A DNA stretch of 46,387 nucleotides, taken from NCBI GenBank assembly GCA_020439285.1, contig JAGQSZ010000002.1, forward strand, positions 3,917-50,303, in the 5' to 3' direction. This document shows positions 8,943-18,777 of this stretch, piece after piece. This stretch comes from Microthrixaceae bacterium (lineage in GTDB: Bacteria; Actinomycetota; Acidimicrobiia; Acidimicrobiales; Microtrichaceae). The number at the start of each line of letters is the position of its first letter. Position 1 is the stretch's first letter. The translations under genes and the position numbers were made by a program. The notes beneath the pieces were generated by a model that saw only the letters and a list, made by a program, of their open reading frames with translations, searched no databases and was not told the origin of the DNA.

Positions 8943-9866
8943 TCAACCTGTTGGGTTGGACTTATCTCGCGTCTTTCCTACTCCCGCGGTGATGGTGGTT
9001 TTTTCACTCAGAACTGTGCGCCACTCTTCGATCAGATAGTCGGTTTCGATGTCATCTGGATGGAAACCCGGGCGAACGTACTTGACTAGTTGTCGGACCG
9101 ACCACGGGCTGATCAGGTTCTGCCGCGGGATGTTCCGCAGGTGCTTGAGGTAGCGCGCCGGTGTTAGCGAACGTCTGTCGTTGAACACACAACGGGCGGT
9201 CTCGAACACCACGTAGCCGCCGAGTACGACGATGGTTATGGCGAACCCGCCGACGCGGATGACATAGCCGCTGTTGCTCTTTTCGAGGACATCAAAGGCA
9301 ACGTTCTTGTGTTCGAGTTCTTCGAGCGCGTGCCACGTGATCAGCGACTGGATCTCGGGATGTGAGAACAAGGTCTCACGGGTCGCGGCGCTGCCAAGTG
9401 CAGATTCAGCAAAGATGCCGGTCAGGTGCTCAGCGGCTGCGGTAACTGCAAGGGGAAGCGTCTTTGGCTTCAACTTGATCAACATGTTGAGGATCGCGTC
9501 GATTCCACGTTCGGCCCGAGCCGTGCGATAGCCCTGCTCGTCGAGAACGACGTTGATACGTCGGTGCTCCCGGCCGTGCATTGCTTCTTGGCCGATGAAC
9601 GCCTTTACCTGGGCCTTCAGAATCTCGTCATCACCGACCGCGTCCTTATTGGCTCGAACCGTCGCAACGAAGAAGTCCTCACCCCGAGGGAAGACTGCAG
9701 ACAGAGTGGCCAACAGGTTGCTGAAAATTGGGTCTTCGGGAACTATCCACCGGTTGATCTCGACCGAGTTCATGTCGACGTCCAGGCGGCGCACGGGAAT
9801 AGTTCGCTGAGCTGATGGTCGGGCAGTTCCATTGCGCGTCTTGGGCGCTGATTGAGCCGTAGTCAT
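8943..9866 (-). CDS. Predicted metal-dependent hydrolase (PF10118-like)
   Basis: His/Glu-rich helices (QEAMHGREH, AAEHLTG, ALEELEHKN) and C-terminal hydrophobic helices. ATGA overlap with the upstream TetR stop. Confidence 0.6.
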   Translation of the reverse strand: MTTAQSAPKTRNGTARPSAQRTIPVRRLDVDMNSVEINRWIVPEDPIFSNLLATLSAVFPRGEDFFVATVRANKDAVGDDEILKAQVKAFIGQEAMHGREHRRINVVLDEQGYRTARAERGIDAILNMLIKLKPKTLPLAVTAAAEHLTGIFAESALGSAATRETLFSHPEIQSLITWHALEELEHKNVAFDVLEKSNSGYVIRVGGFAITIVVLGGYVVFETARCVFNDRRSLTPARYLKHLRNIPRQNLISPWSVRQLVKYVRPGFHPDDIETDYLIEEWRTVLSEKTTITAGVGKTRDKSNPTG

Positions 9867-10621
9867 TTTTGGTCTCCGTCTAGATTCGACACAGATTTGG
9901 TTGATGTGAATTCCTGGGCCGCCATCGCCAACTGTTGTGCACTGCTGGGCGTGACTATCGAAGCGAGCATTCGAAGCTGTCCGATGATCTGCTCGGGGTC
10001 ACCGAAGCCCGCGTAACTGCTCACAGCAGCACCTTGGACGATTGTGAATGCCAGGTTGACGATCGTGCGGGCGACTTCTGCCTCTTCGATGTCGGGGAAG
10101 AAGAGTCGGACGAGTTCGATGACTGTCTGTTCGAGACGAGCAGCAACTCCGTGAACGACGACTCTGAGTTCTTGATCGGTTCGAGCTGCGACGATCACTT
10201 CGAGGACCGCCGCATAGGTCGATCCGTTCACCAGCTGCCAGAGTTCCTCGACCGCTCGCTCGAAGGTACGACCCTCGGGGTCCACTGCCATGAAGGTCTC
10301 GCGGAACTGCAGGGCGAGCTGATCAAACAGGTGCTCGACCGATGCGACCACCAGGTCGCTCTTGGTCGGGTAGTAGTGCGTCTGAGCACCGCGGGACACA
10401 TGCGCGCGTTCTGCGACGATTCTGGTCGTAGTGCCTGAGTAGCCGAGTTCAACGAGACACTCGATCGTTGCGTCGAGAAGTGCTCTTTGAGTTCCGAGTC
10501 GACGATCAGCCTGCGACCGTCGAACGGAAGTACGCGCTGGGACGGCCACCGACAGGCTTTCTTCGAAACCCGATGTGCTCGAGTGCCCTTCCTGCGTCCC
10601 CAACTCCGACCTCCAATGCAT
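9863..10621 (-). CDS. TetR/AcrR-family transcriptional regulator
   Basis: HTH region LLDATIECLVELGYSGTTTRIVAERAHVSRGAQTHYYPTKSDL. The true start may be an internal GTG (VAVPARTS), which would shorten the N-terminus. Confidence 0.85.
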   Translation of the reverse strand: MHWRSELGTQEGHSSTSGFEESLSVAVPARTSVRRSQADRRLGTQRALLDATIECLVELGYSGTTTRIVAERAHVSRGAQTHYYPTKSDLVVASVEHLFDQLALQFRETFMAVDPEGRTFERAVEELWQLVNGSTYAAVLEVIVAARTDQELRVVVHGVAARLEQTVIELVRLFFPDIEEAEVARTIVNLAFTIVQGAAVSSYAGFGDPEQIIGQLRMLASIVTPSSAQQLAMAAQEFTSTKSVSNLDGDQK

Positions 10622-10717
10622 ACCAACCGGTCGGTTTGTTTTTACATGAGCGCGAGGAGAATGTCCAGCATGTCTCTGGGACCCGGTGTTTCTGTGGCTG
10701 CCCTGATTGGCGTTGCC

Positions 10718-11116
10718 TCAGACTGGAGCGATATCCACGTACGCGACCAACAAGTCACGCATCGAAACAATGCCGACGAGGTTGCCTGGCTGCCCAACGA
10801 AGACATGTCGGATCCAGCGGGTCATCATCTCTTCGGCAACTTCTGCCACTGTTGACTCCGGATCTGTCCAGAACAAGTTGGTCTCAGCGAGTTCGATCGC
10901 GGGAGTCAAGGGATCGCTTCCGATCGCCACCGCCCGGACGATGTCACGTTCTGTGATCACGCCAACGAGAGTTTCATCACCAACGCCAACTGCGCTGATC
11001 CCATCTTCGTTCATCCGGGCCGCTACATCTTGCAGCGATGCCGTGCTGGGAACTTGCACGACCTCGGCGCCTACCAAGCTTGCTATGGCGAGTTGATCTG
11101 GTTCGAAGTTCGACAT
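10718..11116 (-). CDS. CBS-domain pair protein
   Basis: Two CBS-like repeats (VGVITERDIVRAV, VGIVSMRDLLVAY). Start taken at ATG 11116 (MSNFEP); the ORF-track start at 11155 is an alternative. Confidence 0.8.
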   Translation of the reverse strand: MSNFEPDQLAIASLVGAEVVQVPSTASLQDVAARMNEDGISAVGVGDETLVGVITERDIVRAVAIGSDPLTPAIELAETNLFWTDPESTVAEVAEEMMTRWIRHVFVGQPGNLVGIVSMRDLLVAYVDIAPV

Positions 11117-11172
11117 CCCACATTCTGGCACCTCAGGAACACCCTCGAAGTCCACTACGACACCAAGGGGTT

Positions 11173-12402
11173 TCAGGAGAGAACTTCGAAGGTGAGCCCT
11201 GCGTTTCGACTCAATCGACTGACGAGGTCATCACCGAACGCGCTAGCCGGGGTCCAGATCCCACCCTCGAGCGCTGCGGTCTCCAATTCGACCAACGCGA
11301 CTGCAGTCTCCCCCAGGATCTTTGCCGTTGATCCATAACCCGGATCACGATCACCAGTCACCTTCGTCCTGATCAGTTTCCCCGACGCCGTGCGACCAAA
11401 GAACCTCAGGTCGAAGAACCCCTTCTGTTGCGCCTCATCCGAAGGACCCGTACCTGGCTGGGGTAACACCTTGTCGACGAGCAACCTGCGCACGGGACCT
11501 ACTGCTGCGGTCCCCATACCGACGAGCATCCCAGCAGAAATCCCCGTTGCCTTGGCAAGACCCAGCGGTCCGGTTCCCATGAGCATGCCCTCGTCGTAAC
11601 GGAAACCTCTCCCCCACGGGAACCCGAGCAACGCGTTACTCCGGTGAACGACCCGGGTGTCGATGGCAGCCATGATGAACGGCGCTACCCACTGTCCGCT
11701 CAACTCATCTCGCGCTGGTCCCTTGATGTCGGGTTGGTCGACCTCGGGGCGGGAATCCGCTGGCACCAACGAGTAGGGATCGGCGAGCACTTTGCGGACT
11801 TCGCTATCCCCTGTCGCCTCGGTGAGGAGGTTCATGATCGAGGCGATTGTTCCGCCGCTCGCTCCTCCGCTCATGGCTTTGAGCCGCATACCGATTCTGT
11901 CGCAGGGTTCACCCAAGGCTTCAATGGCACGCTGTTGGGTAAACCACACACCCATGTCAGTGGGAATCGAGTCGAAACCACACGCGTGCACTACCCGGGC
12001 ACCGCTGGCTCGGGCGTCGTCTTGATGGGCGTCGATCATTCGACGAATCCATTGAGGTTCACCCGTCAGGTCGCAGTAGTCGGTGCCGGTAGCGGTTACC
12101 GCTGCAACAAGAGTCGATCCGTATTGGGCATACGGACCGACGGTCGAAACAACCACCCGGGTCTGGCTCGCTAGGTCTCGAAGTGCTGAGTTGTCAGTTG
12201 CATCAGCAATTATCTGTTCGACGTCGGCGCCGGTTTCCGCAGCGACTCTGCCGAGCTTGTCCGCGTTGCGTCCGGCAATCGCCCAGCGCAGCTTTCCGTT
12301 CGCTCCGTGGCGCTGAACCAGGTATCGACAGAGGATCTGACCTACGAAACTGGTTGCACCGTAAACAACTAGGTCCAGTCGACGTTCCGAGCGTGCATTC
12401 AT
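11173..12402 (-). CDS. Saccharopine-dehydrogenase-family NAD(P)-binding protein (trans-acting enoyl-reductase-like)
   Basis: N-terminal LVVYGATSFVGQI Rossmann motif, about 410 aa. Start at ATG 12402 (MNARSE) with AGGGG upstream. Confidence 0.7.
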   Translation of the reverse strand: MNARSERRLDLVVYGATSFVGQILCRYLVQRHGANGKLRWAIAGRNADKLGRVAAETGADVEQIIADATDNSALRDLASQTRVVVSTVGPYAQYGSTLVAAVTATGTDYCDLTGEPQWIRRMIDAHQDDARASGARVVHACGFDSIPTDMGVWFTQQRAIEALGEPCDRIGMRLKAMSGGASGGTIASIMNLLTEATGDSEVRKVLADPYSLVPADSRPEVDQPDIKGPARDELSGQWVAPFIMAAIDTRVVHRSNALLGFPWGRGFRYDEGMLMGTGPLGLAKATGISAGMLVGMGTAAVGPVRRLLVDKVLPQPGTGPSDEAQQKGFFDLRFFGRTASGKLIRTKVTGDRDPGYGSTAKILGETAVALVELETAALEGGIWTPASAFGDDLVSRLSRNAGLTFEVLS

Positions 12403-12541
12403 TGGGCTACCCCTGACAACGACCGAGTTGGCCGATACGACAATCCTATGGAGGATGCTCACGCCGGACAGCTAGGTGTTGAGTGCGATCCAGTCGAAGA
12501 TCCGGACAAGCAATGTGACCATCCGGGAATAGTCTCGGTCT

Positions 12542-13153
12542 ATGGGAACCAGTCGAATGGAAGCGTTCAGCGACGGGGTGCTCGCCGTCGCAATAACGAT
12601 CATGGTTCTAGCGCTACGCCCACCGGACGGGAACACTTTCACCGACCTGTGGAATGCAGCCGGCGCCGGGTTTCTCATCAACGCTCTCAGCTTCGCATAC
12701 GTGGGTATCTACTGGAACAACCACCACCACATTTTCCAGTTGGTCGATCGGGTGAACGGCGCAGTGTTGTGGGCGAACCTGCATCTGTTGTTCTGGCTGG
12801 TGTTGATCCCTTTCAGTACTGAATGGATGGAACGAAGCCACCTCGCCGTAGCTCCGACCATGACATACGCGGCAAACCTGCTGCTTGCAGCCATCGCGTA
12901 CTGGATACTCGAGACCACCATTCGCAGGATTCCAGGAGAGGGCCAGATTCTCGCCAATGCCGTGGGGGTCGACAAGAAGGCCATCGCATCGATCATCCTG
13001 TACGCCCTGGCGATCGTTGTCGCACCCTTGTCCACGGCGGTCTCAATAGCGCTGCTGGTGGCAACCGCCGTGTTGTGGCTCGTTCCCGACCGCCGGATCG
13101 AGCGCTATATCGAGTCCAATCCGGGCTCAGCCGACTTCGGAGAGAGAGCGTGA
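12542..13153 (+). CDS. TMEM175/DUF1211-family putative K+ channel
   Basis: Signature RMEAFSDGVLAVAITIMVL at the N-terminus and about six TM helices. Confidence 0.8.
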   Translation: MGTSRMEAFSDGVLAVAITIMVLALRPPDGNTFTDLWNAAGAGFLINALSFAYVGIYWNNHHHIFQLVDRVNGAVLWANLHLLFWLVLIPFSTEWMERSHLAVAPTMTYAANLLLAAIAYWILETTIRRIPGEGQILANAVGVDKKAIASIILYALAIVVAPLSTAVSIALLVATAVLWLVPDRRIERYIESNPGSADFGERA

Positions 13154-14172
13154 GCACCGATCGAATGAACAGAAGCGTGTTGCTCCGATCCAGGCCAGTT
13201 GGTCTGGTGGCAGAGTCTGACGTCGAGCTGGTCACTTTGCCCTGTCCCGAGATAGCTGACGGAGAGGCCCTTGTCCGGACCGACTTGATCGGCTTGGACG
13301 CAGCTGTCCGCACTTGGCTGGATGATCGCCCCGGATATCTCCCACCAGTGCAGGTTGGTGAGACGATTAGGGCAGCGACGGTTGGTGAGGTCGTCGAGTC
13401 CCGTTGCGATGCGTACCAAATCGGCGACGTGGTTACGACACTCGGCGGATTGAGCGAGTACAGCGTAGCTAGGGACGACGTGTTCACCACTGTCGTCGGC
13501 CGCGTATCGGAAGGCACAGCAGATGTCGACCGGGCCGCGATGCACGCAGTGTTCTCTTCGACCGGAGCCACCGCCTATTTCGGCATGCACGACATCGGTA
13601 GGCCCCGGGCCGGTGAAACCGTGGTCGTAAGTGCCGCTGCCGGCGCTACTGGTTCAATTGCCGGACAAATAGCCAAGGCCGCCGGGGCGCACGTCGTTGG
13701 GATCGCTGGCTCGGACGACAAATGTGCCGTGGTCGTGGATGAATTCGGATTCGATTCCTGCATCAACTATCGAACCGCAGACTTGTCCCAAGCTCTGAAG
13801 GAGCATTGCCCTAATCGCGTCGATGTCTACTTCGACAATGTCGGTGGACCGACCTTGAACGCGGTGCTCGGACGCTTGGCGATGCACGCGAGGGTTGTGC
13901 TCTGTGGCGTCATCTCGAGTTACGTGTCGGGTGATCACCCTGGTCCATCCAACTATGTGCAGCTCTTGGCCAAGCGTGCTCGAATGGAGGGCTTCAATAC
14001 CCTCGACAACTGGGACCGCTACGACGAGGCATATGCGGCGCTGCGAACGCTGGTGGATTCAGGCTCGCTGAAGTACAGGGCTCAGATATTCGATGGGCTT
14101 GAACATTCCGTTGATGCGTTGAACGCACTCTTCACCGGGTCGAATATCGGCAAGACGATGCTACGGCCTTGA
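13150..14172 (+). CDS. NADP-dependent oxidoreductase (MDR family, YncB/PTGR1-like)
   Basis: AAAGATGSIAGQIAKAAGAHVVGIAGS cofactor motif. GTG 13150 overlaps the upstream TGA (GTGA) and is preceded by GGAGAGAGAG. The ORF-track start at 12823 is an over-extension into the channel gene. Confidence 0.8.
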   Translation: MSTDRMNRSVLLRSRPVGLVAESDVELVTLPCPEIADGEALVRTDLIGLDAAVRTWLDDRPGYLPPVQVGETIRAATVGEVVESRCDAYQIGDVVTTLGGLSEYSVARDDVFTTVVGRVSEGTADVDRAAMHAVFSSTGATAYFGMHDIGRPRAGETVVVSAAAGATGSIAGQIAKAAGAHVVGIAGSDDKCAVVVDEFGFDSCINYRTADLSQALKEHCPNRVDVYFDNVGGPTLNAVLGRLAMHARVVLCGVISSYVSGDHPGPSNYVQLLAKRARMEGFNTLDNWDRYDEAYAALRTLVDSGSLKYRAQIFDGLEHSVDALNALFTGSNIGKTMLRP

Positions 14173-14214
14173 TGCCCGATAACCGGGATCCGGCGCACCA
14201 CCGTTGTCGAGCGT

Positions 14215-15726
14215 TCACGTACCACAGAACGTCTGGAACGAGGCTGCGAACTGTGCAGAGGAGCCGGCAGCGAAGCGCTCGAGGCCGGGTCGCTCGGTGA
14301 AGGGATCGGACAGGACCTCGATCAGTTCTTCGAACCCGGTCAAGGAACCCGCGGTCGCGTCCTGCAGTACGTCATGAACGATGTGATTGCGTGGGATATA
14401 GACGGGATTCACCGAGTCCATACGTGTGGCCGCGTCTTGATGGTCTACTCCCGAGTCACTCAGTTGAGCACGCCATCGTGAGATCCATTCGCTGAGTTCG
14501 GCGCTCTGCTCACTGCCGTCATCGGCGATCGGATCACTGACACCGGGGGAATCCGCTCGCAGCGTGCCAGAAAGCGAGCGGAACGCTCGGGTCCAGTCCA
14601 AGCGATCCTTGTGCATCGCTGTTAGCAAGTTGCTTACTAGTTCTTCACAGTTGGTCGGCACCTCAGCGAATCCGAGCTTCGCTGCCATTAGGGCGTTCCA
14701 GTGTTGGGCGAACCTATCGACGAAACCGTTCACCGTTTCCGTGGCCATCTCGACTGCGGCCTCGGTGTCGTCGGAAAACAGGCCGAGCATTGTCTCCGCT
14801 AAGCGAGCCAGGTTCCACGTCGCCACCCGGGCTTGATTCCCGTAGGAATAGCGTCCCCCGTGATCGATGGAACTGAACACCGTTGAAGGGTCGTAGGCAT
14901 CCATGAAGGCGCAAGGGCCGTAGTCGATTCCCTCTCCCGAAATCGTCATGTTGTCCGTGTTCATCACTCCGTGGATGAATCCGAGACTCATCCACTTGGC
15001 GATGAGCACAGCCTGAGCATCGACCACCGCCGACAGCAGACCGAGGTATCTATTGGACGAGTCATCGCTGTCTGGATGGTGACGCTCTATGCAATGGTCA
15101 GCCAATCGTCTGACCAGGTCCTCGCCGCCAAGACGGATGGCGTACTCGAAAGTGCCCACTCTGATATGACTCGCTGCAACTCGTGTCAGTACCGCGCCCG
15201 GTTCGATTCCGTCTCGGTACACACCTTCGCCGGTCATGACCACCGACAGGCTCCGAGTGGTTGGCACGCTCATAGAGCACATGGCTTCGGAAACGATGTA
15301 CTCGCGCAGCATCGGACCAAGAGTTGCTTTACCGTCACCTCCCCGAGCGAACGGAGTGCGGCCCGAACCCTTCAGGTGAATGTCAACCAAGCGCCCGTCG
15401 GGCTTGGTCAGTTCACCGAGCAGGAGTGCTCTACCGTCACCCAACCGTGGCGAGTAGTTGCCGAACTGGTGACCTGCGTAACCAAGCGCGACTGGAGTCG
15501 CCCCCTCAGGTACGAGATTGCCTGCAAGAACGCCAACGCCTTCTGGTCCGGAGAGCCGTCCGGGGTCGAGTCCCAATTCTGTGGCCAGGTTGTCGTTGAA
15601 TATCGCCAGGCTCGGTTCAGGGACCTGGGCAGCGTTCCACGGAAGACACAACTCGGGGAACTCGTCAGCGAAGCGATGCCCCAAAGCCATCATGTCGGTC
15701 ACACGACCAGGATCCAGATCTGTCAC
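14215..15726 (-). CDS. selO: Protein adenylyltransferase SelO (YdiU/UPF0061)
   Basis: GHQFGNYSPRLGDGRA and HGVMNTDNMTISGEGIDYGP motifs. About 500 aa, with a C-terminal ...FCGT. Confidence 0.9.
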   Translation of the reverse strand: MTDLDPGRVTDMMALGHRFADEFPELCLPWNAAQVPEPSLAIFNDNLATELGLDPGRLSGPEGVGVLAGNLVPEGATPVALGYAGHQFGNYSPRLGDGRALLLGELTKPDGRLVDIHLKGSGRTPFARGGDGKATLGPMLREYIVSEAMCSMSVPTTRSLSVVMTGEGVYRDGIEPGAVLTRVAASHIRVGTFEYAIRLGGEDLVRRLADHCIERHHPDSDDSSNRYLGLLSAVVDAQAVLIAKWMSLGFIHGVMNTDNMTISGEGIDYGPCAFMDAYDPSTVFSSIDHGGRYSYGNQARVATWNLARLAETMLGLFSDDTEAAVEMATETVNGFVDRFAQHWNALMAAKLGFAEVPTNCEELVSNLLTAMHKDRLDWTRAFRSLSGTLRADSPGVSDPIADDGSEQSAELSEWISRWRAQLSDSGVDHQDAATRMDSVNPVYIPRNHIVHDVLQDATAGSLTGFEELIEVLSDPFTERPGLERFAAGSSAQFAASFQTFCGT

Positions 15727-15802
15727 CCTTCCAAGGTAGGCCCCGGCCAGAGCGCTCTAGCCGCGGGTACTGGAACCTTGCTCTACCGTCGGCGGGGTCG
15801 AA

Positions 15803-16273
15803 TCAGTCGACGGACCAGGTACCTACGACTCGGGCCTGTTCGATGATGTGGCCGCCGATCGCTGCCAACAGAGCGTCGCGATCCGGTGCAGGATCATGAG
15901 CGATGGTCGTGTCGAGCGCGTAGAGATGGAAGAAATAGTGGTGAGTACCGTGGCCTGCTGGCGGCGCGGGCCCCATATAAGCAGGGTCACCCATGCTGTT
16001 GATTCCCGGAATGAACTCGGTGACGAGGTCACCGCCTATCCCGTTGGCGCTGGGATCGATCCCTACCGCGATCCAGTGTGTGAAGCCGTCGGTCAGGGGC
16101 GCATCAGGGTCGTGAACCATGATGGCAAGTTCTTTGGTACCCGCAGGCACACTCGTCCAGTTGAGCTCGGGAATATTGTCGCCGCCCGCCATGCTGTACT
16201 GATCCGGTATGCGCCCGGTGTGCTCAAAGGCTGGAGAGGTGATCGTGAGATCCCCAAAGTTCAGTGTCGGCAT
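15803..16273 (-). CDS. YbhB/YbcL-family PEBP (Raf-kinase-inhibitor-like) protein
   Basis: VHDPDAPLTDGFTHW and GHGTHHYFFHLYALD motifs. Confidence 0.85.
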   Translation of the reverse strand: MPTLNFGDLTITSPAFEHTGRIPDQYSMAGGDNIPELNWTSVPAGTKELAIMVHDPDAPLTDGFTHWIAVGIDPSANGIGGDLVTEFIPGINSMGDPAYMGPAPPAGHGTHHYFFHLYALDTTIAHDPAPDRDALLAAIGGHIIEQARVVGTWSVD

Positions 16274-16369
16274 CGTTGGGTCCCCTTTCGTCGTTGGTCA
16301 GAATCTACGCCCTGCGAGTGACAATCGCGCGCGGTCCGCACATCGGGGCAGCGTTGACAGCTCAGACGC

Positions 16370-17140
16370 TCAGATTGCGGGGCTCATTCCACCATCGAGA
16401 TTGATTGCCGAGCCGGTCACATATGACGACCTTGCCGACAGCAAGAACGTGACCAGGTCTGCGAATTCATCTCCCCTGCCAACGCGACCGAGCGGGATCT
16501 GGCCAGCCATTCCTTCGTAGATCTCAGCGACGGGACGCCCGGTGCGGTCAGCCAAGCGGTCCCACTGGCCGCTCTCGACGAGTCCAACAAGAACGGCGTT
16601 GGACCGAATTCCGATTGGACCCAGTTCTTTGGAAAGCGCCTTGGTGATCGCTATTCCGGTCGCGCGCGATGCAGCAGACGGCAGCGATCGTGCACCCGCC
16701 GCTTTCGCAGCAATCGACAGGACATTGACGATCGACCCACCATCGGTTGTCATGTGCGGAATCGCGCTCCGGGTGAGCCTCACTGCTGCCATGACCTTCA
16801 GGTCCAGGTCTGCCTGCCACTCATCGTCGGTGATTGCCTCGAACGGTTCCGCCGCCGCAGCGCCAGCGTTGTTGACGATGCCATCAATGCGACCCCACCG
16901 CTGCACTGTCGAATCAACAAGCCGCTCGATGTCTGGTGGAACCGTCACGTCAGCTGCCACCACCAGGTGGTCCCCACCAGTCGAAGTGAGACGTTCCCGC
17001 ATCGCCTCGACCCGGCTTTCGTTGCGGCCACAAACTGTGACGTGAGCTCCGAGCGTTGCGAGTCGTTCGGCAAGCGCGGCACCAAGCCCGTCTGTTCCCC
17101 CGGTGACGATCACGACCTTGCCTTCGAGTTCCAGATCCAT
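16370..17140 (-). CDS. SDR-family protein with atypical catalytic region
   Basis: TGGTDGLGAA and NNAG are present. Where YxxxK is expected, my by-eye alignment reads SAASR. Confidence 0.75.
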   Translation of the reverse strand: MDLELEGKVVIVTGGTDGLGAALAERLATLGAHVTVCGRNESRVEAMRERLTSTGGDHLVVAADVTVPPDIERLVDSTVQRWGRIDGIVNNAGAAAAEPFEAITDDEWQADLDLKVMAAVRLTRSAIPHMTTDGGSIVNVLSIAAKAAGARSLPSAASRATGIAITKALSKELGPIGIRSNAVLVGLVESGQWDRLADRTGRPVAEIYEGMAGQIPLGRVGRGDEFADLVTFLLSARSSYVTGSAINLDGGMSPAI

Positions 17141-17174
17141 GATCCAAACCTACCGATCGGTCTTGTTGCGAGCT

Positions 17175-17996
17175 TCAGATAGTGAAGGTCAGATTGCTTG
17201 CCAGTTGTTCAGCGAGCTCAACGTCCCCACCCAGTTCGATTTCGACACCCAGATATGGGTTGGCACTTTCCCGTCCTCCGGTGAGCCGCAGGAACAGAAC
17301 GGAGTCGAGGCGGATTGAGACGGTGGGTTGACCATCGATTGCGTCTACAACTTTTGCCCTATCAGAGTTATCGACCAGGTAGGTTGCCGCCGATGGTCCG
17401 GTCAACTCGATACTCACCGTTGCGCCCTTTGGCAGAGCGGCTTTCTTGGCGACGATGTAGCCGAGCCCGGCGACTGGCTCCGCCACTGATGCGGAGACAT
17501 GGTCCGGCGGCACAATATTGTCCAGACCCAGGGCTTCGGTGATGTCGAGGGTGTGCATGAAGCAGTCGTAATGGCGGATTCGCATGAAGCGTCCATACGT
17601 TTCATCGGGTCCGGCTGGCGTCCACGAAGGTTCATCGAAGTCGGATTGTGTCATTACTCTGAGCGCGTCCATCCGCTGCGAAGTCACTTCTCGGAAACGC
17701 TCCAGCACCTCGATCCCCGGGAGTTGCCGCATCGATTGAACCCAGAGTTCATTTGCCTGGCCGATCGGATTGCGGACATGTTCGAACCCAGCGATGTCAA
17801 CCTCTGGGTTGGGTTGGCCAGCCAACATGGACTCGGTACCGACAATGTGACTCACGTTGTCCTTGACCGACCATCCGGGAAGGCAAGTGGGCCGCGCCCA
17901 GTCGGATTCTTCGAATCCGTCACATAGCAACGCGATCGTGTCGAACTGCTCGCCAAGGAGTCGCACTATCTCGTCACGGTTAACGATCGTTGCCAT
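17175..17996 (-). CDS. Maleylpyruvate-isomerase-family mycothiol-dependent enzyme (DinB fold plus SCP2-like C-terminus)
   Basis: N-terminal DinB/MDMPI-like helices (W..P..LPGWSVKD..SH) and a C-terminal sterol-carrier-like tail. The start ATG overlaps the upstream stop by 1 nt. Confidence 0.7.
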   Translation of the reverse strand: MATIVNRDEIVRLLGEQFDTIALLCDGFEESDWARPTCLPGWSVKDNVSHIVGTESMLAGQPNPEVDIAGFEHVRNPIGQANELWVQSMRQLPGIEVLERFREVTSQRMDALRVMTQSDFDEPSWTPAGPDETYGRFMRIRHYDCFMHTLDITEALGLDNIVPPDHVSASVAEPVAGLGYIVAKKAALPKGATVSIELTGPSAATYLVDNSDRAKVVDAIDGQPTVSIRLDSVLFLRLTGGRESANPYLGVEIELGGDVELAEQLASNLTFTI

Positions 17997-18688
17997 CAGG
18001 GGGTCTCCTTTTGGATGGTCACCCAGTCCCGGGCTTCCAGGTACGGAGTGAACTTCTCGGCGATTCGGGCGATCTCATTTGGTCCCTTGGGCCGCTGTAT
18101 CTCGAAGAGATCAGGAAACTCGAGCCAGCTACAAACATGGTCCCAGAGGCGCACCGCATCGTCACCCAAGGGTGCATCAACCACGACTGGTCCGAAGATG
18201 ATCTGTCCATCTGCGAACCTCAGTGTCGGAACACCGAATCCGCCCGATGCAACTATCAGGTCGTGTTCGGCGCGCACCTCATCATGCGTTGTTTCATCCG
18301 CCAGAGCCTCTCCCACCAAGACCGGGTCCAGTCCCATTTCACCAAGCAGTTCTTCCGCTGTTTCACGTCGGTGTGGCTTCCTGCCCTGTTCGTGCAACGC
18401 ACGTCCGGCATGCAGGTACCAGCGATCCAGCAGGTCCATCTCGGTGCGTCGCAGTAGTGCGCCAATACGCATCATCGACCATCCGTATGACCAGTCACGT
18501 TCCCACGGGTGCTTCTTTCCCTCAGCACGGTTGATCTCTTCGAGACTGAAGAAGCGCCAGTTCACCTTCAGTCCCGTCTGCGCTCGAACCTCTCGAATCC
18601 AAAGCGAACTCTGGTACGCCCATGGACACATGACGTCGAAGTGGAAGTCGACTTCTGAGATTTCCGCAACGCCCCCTGTTGCACTCAC
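17996..18688 (-). CDS. DsbA-like thioredoxin-fold protein with monothiol CPWA motif
   Basis: DFHFDVMCPWAYQS at the N-terminus and GVPTLRF near the C-terminus. I favour GTG 18688 (VSATGG) as the start. The 328-aa ORF-track version would overlap the divergent sialidase gene. Confidence 0.7.
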   Translation of the reverse strand: MSATGGVAEISEVDFHFDVMCPWAYQSSLWIREVRAQTGLKVNWRFFSLEEINRAEGKKHPWERDWSYGWSMMRIGALLRRTEMDLLDRWYLHAGRALHEQGRKPHRRETAEELLGEMGLDPVLVGEALADETTHDEVRAEHDLIVASGGFGVPTLRFADGQIIFGPVVVDAPLGDDAVRLWDHVCSWLEFPDLFEIQRPKGPNEIARIAEKFTPYLEARDWVTIQKETP

Positions 18689-18777
18689 GTCTCCGAGACT
18701 ACCGGCCAAACCAGCACAACTCGTTCGCGATTCACCCGGCGATTGAACGACGGCACGACACATAGAACACTGACCTG

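Noticed and set aside
14215-15726. Possible selenocysteine in the SelO homologue.
   Set aside because: There is no in-frame TGA. The protein ends ...FQTFCGT, with Cys in the position where eukaryotic SelO has Sec, as is usual for bacterial homologues.
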